From Eubacteriales bacterium (GTDB lineage: Bacteria > Bacillota > Clostridia > Oscillospirales > CAG-382), in the NCBI GenBank assembly GCA_045532035.1, contig JAZSFD010000048.1, positions 34,755 through 98,754 on the forward strand: DNA of 64,000 bases. The letters run 5' to 3'. Positions 57,545 through 64,000 of this stretch are shown piece by piece; position 1 is the stretch's first letter; every line of letters starts with the position of its first letter. A model generated the notes under the pieces. The model saw only the letters and a list, made by a program, of their open reading frames with translations. It was not told where the DNA came from and did no database searches. The position numbers and the translations under genes were made by a program.

Positions 57545-57817
57545 ATGATAAAGGGCTGTTCACGAAGAATGATCGTTTTGAAGGACACCGGAAGCGAGCT
57601 TTTTGACGAGGCATATTTCATGCTGAAATCGGGAAAGCTTCCAAAAAGTGTCAAGGGCGAAAAGGATTTTATCGCCGAGGCAAACAAAATAGTCCTCGAC
57701 GCCTCGGGCGAAAAAGCTTCCTTGCCGAAAAACTCGCGGAAAAACTCTTTCTTTCTCGGATTTTTGACGGGAATCTCTCTTTGTGCAGTGGTCTTTCTCG
57801 CCTCGGGAATCATGTAA
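57545..57817 (+). CDS. Small conserved hypothetical protein with C-terminal TM helix
   Basis: Trimmed to the ATG after AAAAGGAG. Sequence MIKGCSRRMIVLKDTGSELFDEAYFML... with the tail FFLGFLTGISLCAVVFLASGIM. Confidence 0.45.
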   Translation: MIKGCSRRMIVLKDTGSELFDEAYFMLKSGKLPKSVKGEKDFIAEANKIVLDASGEKASLPKNSRKNSFFLGFLTGISLCAVVFLASGIM

Positions 57818-58460
57818 GAAGATAGCGCGAAAGCTCCTTCGGAGTTTTGACTGTGTGCATGGTGCCGCATTGCAAAAATTCCTCCTCCGAGCCATAACCC
57901 CAAAGAACACCAATGCATCCGATGCCGTGGGCGCGCGCTCCCAAAGCATCATGCTCTCGGTCGCCAACCATGACCGAGTTTTCGGGGGTAATCTCCGGAT
58001 GAGCGTTACGCAGAAGGGTAATGACATCTTTTTTGGACGAAATGCTCATGTCGGGCTTTGCGCCGAAGATGCCGTCAAAGTATTTTTTAATATCAAAATA
58101 TTCAACCACCTTTTCTGCCATGAAATCGGGCTTTGAGGTGGCGATATAAAGCGAAAGACCGCTGTTTTTCAGAGCGGAAAGACATTCCGGAATCCCGTCA
58201 TAAACCGAGTTTTCGAAAATTCCCGTGTCGCGGTAGTATTCGCGGAAATATTCTTCGCCATTTTTGGCTTTTTCGGGTTCAATACCATAAAAACGCACAA
58301 AGCTGTCATAAAGGGGCGGGCCGATGAATCGGTCGAGCTTTTCCTTTTCGTTTTCTTCAATTCCGAAGCGGCGCAGGGCGTGTCGGACGGCATTTCGGAT
58401 GCCGGGTCCCGAATCTGTCAGTGTTCCGTCGAGGTCAAATAGTATGTTTTTGTACTGCAT
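57810..58460 (-). CDS. HAD-superfamily phosphatase (phosphoglycolate-phosphatase-like)
   Basis: Motif I FDLDGTLTDS and motif IV-like VGDREHD. Confidence 0.8.
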   Translation of the reverse strand: MQYKNILFDLDGTLTDSGPGIRNAVRHALRRFGIEENEKEKLDRFIGPPLYDSFVRFYGIEPEKAKNGEEYFREYYRDTGIFENSVYDGIPECLSALKNSGLSLYIATSKPDFMAEKVVEYFDIKKYFDGIFGAKPDMSISSKKDVITLLRNAHPEITPENSVMVGDREHDALGARAHGIGCIGVLWGYGSEEEFLQCGTMHTVKTPKELSRYLLT

Positions 58461-58569
58461 AGCCTGCCTCCTTTTAGATCATTCTATCACTTTTTTGCGT
58501 CTTTTTCAATATATGGGAAAAATATTTGAAAAAAAGCTCCAAAAAGAGTGCCATTTTACAAAAATATGC

Positions 58570-58598
58570 TTGCAAAATAACCGTCCGAATGGTATTAT
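58570..58598 (+). promoter_or_regulatory. Sigma-A promoter upstream of wecB
   Basis: TTGCAA, a 17-nt spacer, TATTAT. Confidence 0.5.
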
Positions 58599-58640
58599 AT
58601 ATAATTAAGGAAAAATGTATTTTGCAAGTTGAGGAATAAA

Positions 58641-59747
58641 ATGAAAAAAGTAATGCTGGTCTTCGGCACGCGTCCCGAAGCCATAAAAATGTGTCCCCTT
58701 GTCAACGAACTGAAAAAGAGAGAAGGTATAAAAACCGTCGTCTGTGTCACAGGACAGCACAGGCAGATGCTCGACCAGGTGCTTGACGCGTTTTCGGTCA
58801 CTCCCGACTATGACCTTTCGATCATGAAGGATAAACAGACCCTTTTTGATGTGACAGTCAACATCCTCGAAAAAATCAAGCCTGTGCTTGAAGAGGAAAA
58901 GCCCGATGTCGTTCTTGTCCACGGAGACACCTCGACCACCTTTGTCACAGCTCTTGCCTGCTTCTATCTTTCGATTCCCGTGGGTCATGTTGAGGCAGGA
59001 CTCCGCACATACAACATCCGGTCGCCCTATCCTGAAGAATTCAACCGTCAGGCAGTCGGAATCGTTGCAGAGTATAACTTCTCGCCCACCGAAATGTCAA
59101 GAGACAATCTTCTTCGCGAGGGCAAGGACGAAAAGAGCATCTACATCACCGGCAACACCGCCATCGATGCTCTCAAGACCACCGTACGCGCCGACTACAC
59201 CCACCCCGACCTTGAATGGGCAAAGGGCAGCCGACTTATCATGATAACCGCTCACCGCAGAGAAAATCTCGGCGAACCGATGCACAGAATGTTCCGTGCC
59301 ATCCGCCGCATCATCGACGAAAACCCCGACGTCAAGGCGATATACCCCATTCATATGAATCCCGTTGTTCGCCAGGCAGCAAAGGAGGAGCTTTCGGGCT
59401 GCGACAGAATACGCATCATCGAACCTTTGGAGGTGCTTGACTTCCACAACTTCCTTGCCCATTGCTATATGATAATCACCGATTCGGGCGGGATTCAGGA
59501 GGAGGCTCCGTCGCTCGGAAAGCCTGTGCTTGTCATGCGCGACACAACAGAGCGTCCCGAGGGCATTGCCGCGGGAACCCTGAAGCTTGTGGGCACCGAC
59601 GAACAGTTTATTTATGAAAACTTCCGCGAGCTTTTACAGGACCGCAAAGCTTATGAAAAAATGAGCCATGCCTCCAACCCGTACGGCGACGGCCATGCCT
59701 GCGAAAGAATTGCAGACATCCTCGAATTCGGAAAGACCGATATTTGA
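58641..59747 (+). CDS. wecB: UDP-N-acetylglucosamine 2-epimerase (non-hydrolysing)
   Basis: MLVFGTRPEAIKM, HGDTSTT, HVEAGLRT and TDSGGIQEEAPSLGKPVLVMRDTTERPE are present. Confidence 0.9.
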   Translation: MKKVMLVFGTRPEAIKMCPLVNELKKREGIKTVVCVTGQHRQMLDQVLDAFSVTPDYDLSIMKDKQTLFDVTVNILEKIKPVLEEEKPDVVLVHGDTSTTFVTALACFYLSIPVGHVEAGLRTYNIRSPYPEEFNRQAVGIVAEYNFSPTEMSRDNLLREGKDEKSIYITGNTAIDALKTTVRADYTHPDLEWAKGSRLIMITAHRRENLGEPMHRMFRAIRRIIDENPDVKAIYPIHMNPVVRQAAKEELSGCDRIRIIEPLEVLDFHNFLAHCYMIITDSGGIQEEAPSLGKPVLVMRDTTERPEGIAAGTLKLVGTDEQFIYENFRELLQDRKAYEKMSHASNPYGDGHACERIADILEFGKTDI

Positions 59748-59775
59748 AAGAAACCATCAGAAAGGATTACATAAA

Positions 59776-61032
59776 ATGATTCAGAAACCCAAAGGCACCC
59801 TTGATATCCTGCCCGAAGAAACACCCCTGTGGCAGATGATCGAGGAAAATGTCCGCGATATAACATCAAACTACGGCTTTGCCGAGATCAAATTTCCAAC
59901 CTTTGAAGATTCGGCTCTCTTCAAGAGAGGTGTCGGCGGCACCACAGACATCGTTCAGAAAGAAATGTTCACCCTGGGCGACCGCGACGGAAACGAGCTT
60001 TGCCTCCGTCCCGAGGGAACCGCCTGCGTTGTAAGAAGCGTTATCGAAAACGGACTTTTCAACGAGCCGATGCCCCTGAAACTTTATTATTTCACAAACT
60101 TTTTCCGCTATGAAAAGCCTCAGGCAGGCAGAAGCCGTGAGTTTTATCAGTTCGGCGTTGAAATGTTCGGCACCGCCAAGGCGTCTGCCGATGCCACGGT
60201 GATCTCGATTGCCGACACCCTTTTCAAAAGACTCGGCGTGAACGCCCGACTCAACATCAATTCCATCGGCTGTCCCAATTGCCGTCCCAATTACCACAAG
60301 GCACTGGTCGAGTATTTCTCGGCACACGAGAAAGAGCTTTGCGACACCTGCCGCGAAAGACTCAAGACAAACCCTCTGCGCATCCTCGACTGCAAGAGTC
60401 CCATCTGCGGAGCACTTTGTGACAACGCCCCCAAGACTGTTGAACACCTTTGCCCCGAATGTGAGGAGCATTTTGACGAACTCAAAGCTTCTCTTTCGGC
60501 AATGGACATAGAATACTCCATCAACCCGCGCATCGTTCGCGGACTTGACTATTACACAAGAACCGTTTTTGAGTTCATCTCGGATGACATCGGCGCACAA
60601 AGCACTGTCTGCGGCGGCGGAAGATATGACGGACTCGTGAAAGAGCTTGACGGTCCCGACCTTTGCGGCATCGGTTTTGGACTTGGCATCACCCGCCTTG
60701 TGCTGGCGCTTAAAAAGAACGCCGAAATAAAGGGCACATCTCTTCCCGTAAACAAAAAACCCCTCATATATATCGCTCCCATGGGCAAAGAGGCGGCAAC
60801 AAAAGCTGTCGGCATCGTCCACAAACTCAGAATTGCGGGAGTTGCGGCAGAATGTGACATCACGGGCCGTTCGCTCAAGGCTCAGATGAAATATGCCGAC
60901 AAGATCGGCGCAAAATATGCCGCCGTCATCGGCGACAACGAGCTTTCCGAGGGCGTGTGCGAGCTTAGGAATCTCCGCGACGGCGAAAAAAGAAGCATCG
61001 CCATCGACGAGCTTTCCGAAATAAAAGACTGA
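59776..61032 (+). CDS. hisS: Histidine--tRNA ligase
   Basis: Trimmed to MIQKPKGTLDILPEE. Class II motifs are present (FRYEKPQAGRSREFYQFG, GGGRYDGL). Confidence 0.95.
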   Translation: MIQKPKGTLDILPEETPLWQMIEENVRDITSNYGFAEIKFPTFEDSALFKRGVGGTTDIVQKEMFTLGDRDGNELCLRPEGTACVVRSVIENGLFNEPMPLKLYYFTNFFRYEKPQAGRSREFYQFGVEMFGTAKASADATVISIADTLFKRLGVNARLNINSIGCPNCRPNYHKALVEYFSAHEKELCDTCRERLKTNPLRILDCKSPICGALCDNAPKTVEHLCPECEEHFDELKASLSAMDIEYSINPRIVRGLDYYTRTVFEFISDDIGAQSTVCGGGRYDGLVKELDGPDLCGIGFGLGITRLVLALKKNAEIKGTSLPVNKKPLIYIAPMGKEAATKAVGIVHKLRIAGVAAECDITGRSLKAQMKYADKIGAKYAAVIGDNELSEGVCELRNLRDGEKRSIAIDELSEIKD

Positions 61033-61053
61033 AAAAAGAGAGGTATACATAAA

Positions 61054-62826
61054 ATGGCAGAATTTTTGGGTAATATGAAACGTACCGACTACTGCGGTAC
61101 TCTCACTGAAAAAGACATCGGAAGAGAAGTCTGCGTCATGGGCTGGGTCCAGAAGCAGAGAGACCTCGGAAGCCTTATCTTCATCGACCTGCGCGACAGA
61201 ACAGGCATCGTTCAGCTCGCCTTTGATGACACCACCGAAAAGGATATCCATGAAAAGGCTTTTTCGGCAAGAAGCGAATTTGTTCTCGGTGCCGTGGGCA
61301 CCGTCCGCGAGCGCTCAAGCAAGAACGCAAACATTCCCACAGGAGCCGTTGAAATTTTTGTCACCGAGCTCAAGGTGCTTGCCGAGTCTCAGACTCCTCC
61401 CTTTGAGATCGTTGAAAACTCCAACTGTAACGAGGAGCTTCGCTTAAAGCACCGCTATCTCGATCTTCGCCGTCCTGATCTTGCGAAAAACATCCTCATC
61501 CGTCACAAGGTAACAAAAGTCACCCGTGACTATTTCGACGAAAACGGCTTTGTCGAGATCGAAACCCCCATGCTCATCAGATCCACCCCCGAGGGTGCGC
61601 GCGACTATCTTGTTCCAAGCCGTGTTCATCCCGGCTCGTTCTATGCACTTCCCCAGTCACCTCAGCTTTACAAGCAGCTTTCGATGGTTGCCGGCTTTGA
61701 CCGCTATATGCAGATTGCCCGTTGCTTCCGCGACGAAGATCTTCGTGCTGACCGTCAGCCTGAATTTACCCAGATCGACCTTGAAATGTCTTTTGTCGAG
61801 ATGGAAGATGTTCTTGCCATCGGAGAGGGCTATATGAAGCGCATCTTCAAAGAGATCCTTGATGCGGATATTGCTCTTCCTCTTCCCAGACTCACATACA
61901 AAGAAGCCATGGAGCGCTTCGGATCCGACAAGCCCGACATCCGTTACGGCATGGAGATCATCGACCTTTCGGATATTGTAAAGGATTGCGGCTTCGGAGT
62001 ATTCTCGGGTGCCGTTTCGGGCGGAGGCTCTGTCCGCGCCATCAAGGCTGAAAATGCCGTCAGCGTTCTCACAAGAAAAGAAGTGGACAAGCTCACCGAA
62101 TATGCCAAGGGCATCGGTGCCAAGGGTCTTGCCTGGGCACGCCTTACTCCCGATGGTGTCGCCTCCTCCTTTGCCAAGTTCATGACAGAGGACGAGATGA
62201 GTGCCATCATCGAAAGATGTGGTGCCGTGACAGGTGATGTCATCCTTGTCATTGCCGACACCAACACAAACAAGGTTCTTTCCCAGCTCGGCTCTTTGAG
62301 AACCGAGGTGTCAAACAAGCTCGGCGTCGAAAAGAAGGGCATCGGTCTTCTCTGGATCACAGAATTTCCTTTCTTCGAATACAACGACGAAACAGGCGCA
62401 TGGGATGCGATGCATCATCCCTTCACTTCGCCTCTTGACGAATGTCTTCCTTATCTTGAAACAGACAAAGCATCTGTCAGAGCAAAGGCATATGACCTTG
62501 TTCTCAACGGCATCGAGCTTTCGAGCGGCTCGATCCGTATCACAAATCCCGAGCTTCAGAACAGAATGTTCAATCTTCTCGGCTTCTCTAACGAAGAAGC
62601 TTATGAAAAGTTCGGCTTCCTGCTTGACGCCTTCAAATACGGTGCTCCTCCCCACGGCGGTATGGGCATCGGTCTTGACAGACTTTGTATGCAGATGCTC
62701 GGCTGCGAGAGCCTGAGAGATGTTATCGCCTTCCCGAAGGTTCAGAACGCCTCCGAGCTTATGACCATGTGTCCGTCGCCCGTCGACCAGAAAGCCATCG
62801 ACGACCTCGGAATCAAGCTTAAATAA
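61054..62826 (+). CDS. aspS: Aspartate--tRNA ligase
   Basis: 590 aa with an OB-fold N-terminus, FRDEDLRADRQPEFTQID, and GGMGIGLDRL. Confidence 0.95.
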   Translation: MAEFLGNMKRTDYCGTLTEKDIGREVCVMGWVQKQRDLGSLIFIDLRDRTGIVQLAFDDTTEKDIHEKAFSARSEFVLGAVGTVRERSSKNANIPTGAVEIFVTELKVLAESQTPPFEIVENSNCNEELRLKHRYLDLRRPDLAKNILIRHKVTKVTRDYFDENGFVEIETPMLIRSTPEGARDYLVPSRVHPGSFYALPQSPQLYKQLSMVAGFDRYMQIARCFRDEDLRADRQPEFTQIDLEMSFVEMEDVLAIGEGYMKRIFKEILDADIALPLPRLTYKEAMERFGSDKPDIRYGMEIIDLSDIVKDCGFGVFSGAVSGGGSVRAIKAENAVSVLTRKEVDKLTEYAKGIGAKGLAWARLTPDGVASSFAKFMTEDEMSAIIERCGAVTGDVILVIADTNTNKVLSQLGSLRTEVSNKLGVEKKGIGLLWITEFPFFEYNDETGAWDAMHHPFTSPLDECLPYLETDKASVRAKAYDLVLNGIELSSGSIRITNPELQNRMFNLLGFSNEEAYEKFGFLLDAFKYGAPPHGGMGIGLDRLCMQMLGCESLRDVIAFPKVQNASELMTMCPSPVDQKAIDDLGIKLK

Positions 62827-62831
62827 CAAAA

Positions 62832-62870
62832 AGGGCAGGGGCGAAAAAGATTTCGCTTCTGCCCCCTTTT
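62832..62870 (+). terminator. Terminator after aspS
   Basis: GGGCAGGGGCGAAA...TTTCGCTTCTGCCC followed by CCTTTT. Confidence 0.65.
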
Positions 62871-62895
62871 GCAAATTTACAAAAAAGGAAAAAAT

Positions 62896-64000
62896 ATGTC
62901 CGAAAGAAAAAAGCTTCTTATTATCGACGGCAACAGTATCCTTAACCGCGCCTTTTACGGCGTGCGTCCCATGACCACCCGCGACGGCAGACCTACCAAT
63001 GCCATTTTTGGCTTTATCAACATGATACTGAAGCCCCTCGAAAACCTTTGCCCCGACGCCGCAGGCATTGCCTTTGACCTGCGCGCCCCCACCTTCCGCC
63101 ACAAAAAATGCGATTTTTACAAAGCAAACCGAAAGGGTATGCCGGAAGAGCTTGCGGCTCAGCTTGACGGTGCCAAAAAAGCGGCGGAATATCTCGGGCT
63201 TCATGTTCTTTCGCTTGAAGGGTTTGAGGCAGATGACATTCTCGGCACTGCGGCAAAGCACGCCAATCTGGATACCGAAAACGACTATGATTGCTATATT
63301 CTCACGGGAGATCGCGATTCGTTCCAGCTTGTGGACGAAAAGTCTTTCGTTTTGCTCTGCACCAACAATGATACTGTGTTTTATGATAAGGCAAAGATCG
63401 CCGAGGCCTATTCGGGACTTGTTCCGTCCCAGCTTATCGATCTGAAAGCTCTCATGGGCGACAGCTCGGATAATATTCCGGGTGTCTCAGGCATCGGCGA
63501 AAAGACGGCGGTCAAGCTGATAAGCGAGTTTTCCTCCCTTGACGGTCTTTATGAAAACTACGAAAACTCTTCCCTTTCAAAGGGCATCAAGGAAAAGCTT
63601 GCTCGCGACCGTGAAATGGCATACACCAGCCGTTTTCTTGCCGAAATCTGCCGGGAAGTTCCCTTGCCTTTGACCTTTTCCGATCTGAAATATGAGGGGA
63701 TCGACAGAGCAGCTCTTCTTGAGCTTTTGTCATCGTATGAGCTGAAAAGCATCATAAAAAGGCTTGATCTTGAAAATTTGGCTCTTCAAAATAGCGAGTC
63801 GGCGTCTCCTTCGTTTTTTGACGATGATGACGGGCCGGAGACTGTCAGCTTCGAGGATTATGCCGAGTGCGAAACGCTTCCCGAGTTTTCCGGCGAGGTC
63901 TGCGTGCTTCCCGATATTGACAAAAAAAGGCTGTTTCTTGACATCAGCGGCGAAAAAATGTACATTCTGCCGTTGAACTTCGAAAATCTTGCGGATCTTT
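62896..64000 (+). CDS. polA: DNA polymerase I, N-terminal 5'-3' exonuclease part (3' end beyond window)
   Basis: Not in the ORF track because no stop is reached. ATG at 62896 after AAAGGAA. My own translation reads MSERKKLLIIDGNSILNRAFYG...YKANRKGMPEEL...EADDILGT...TGDRDSFQLV...LMGDSSDNIPGVSGIGEKTA. Confidence 0.9.
   Translation, partial: MSERKKLLIIDGNSILNRAFYGVRPMTTRDGRPTNAIFGFINMILKPLENLCPDAAGIAFDLRAPTFRHKKCDFYKANRKGMPEELAAQLDGAKKAAEYLGLHVLSLEGFEADDILGTAAKHANLDTENDYDCYILTGDRDSFQLVDEKSFVLLCTNNDTVFYDKAKIAEAYSGLVPSQLIDLKALMGDSSDNIPGVSGIGEKTAVKLISEFSSLDGLYENYENSSLSKGIKEKLARDREMAYTSRFLAEICREVPLPLTFSDLKYEGIDRAALLELLSSYELKSIIKRLDLENLALQNSESASPSFFDDDDGPETVSFEDYAECETLPEFSGEVCVLPDIDKKRLFLDISGEKMYILPLNFENLADL

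Noticed and set aside
59866-63261. Minus-strand ORFs of 461 aa and 316 aa opposite hisS, aspS and polA
   Set aside because: The plus strand encodes unmistakable class II aaRS motifs and the PolI 5'-3' exonuclease domain. These are antisense shadow ORFs.

Overview
This window is a chromosomal segment of a spore-forming Firmicute of Clostridia type, judged from spoIIAA-spoIIAB-sigF, a gerA-type germinant-receptor operon and several SLH surface proteins. Most of it is housekeeping. Recognisable genes are a phosphohexomutase, acpP, nifS-nifU, ugd, secA, AlaX and YbaK tRNA-editing factors, nadABC, wecB, hisS-aspS and the start of polA. There are also glycoside hydrolases and secreted lipoproteins.

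The main finding is an AT-rich integrative element of about 10.8 kb at 11002..21829. It sits in the last 22 codons of a GGGtGRT-family gene. It is bounded by a perfect 36-bp direct repeat, supplies a replacement gene end with its own terminator, and leaves the original gene end orphaned at 21794..21860. Identical TGGTCACATTTGGTCACA arm-type repeats lie about 104 bp inside each core copy.

The element encodes Xis, a tyrosine integrase, ArdA, two wHTH replication/relaxation-like proteins and a possible HUH/Y1-like nuclease. It also carries two unassignable two-gene cargo modules. One is a 4-TM protein with a zinc-ribbon / Cys-rich C-terminal-module protein. The other is a soluble 229-aa protein overlapping a TM coiled-coil protein. 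I consider these the best candidates for an undescribed accessory or defence-like system.

Outside the island, five items stand out:
- an uncharacterised operon of ASRT-like, PduL, NifU-like and GGGtGRT genes;
- a LeuA-like protein that has lost its metal ligands, followed by a TIM-barrel::acyl-AMP-ligase fusion;
- a Leu-rich leader ORF plus terminator upstream of that LeuA-like gene, resembling a classical attenuator;
- a large SLH/beta-helix surface protein gene interrupted by an in-frame TAG and a frameshift;
- a frameshifted sugar-phosphate isomerase gene.

All family calls rest on motif recognition by eye; no database search was possible. I found no rRNA, tRNA or CRISPR array.
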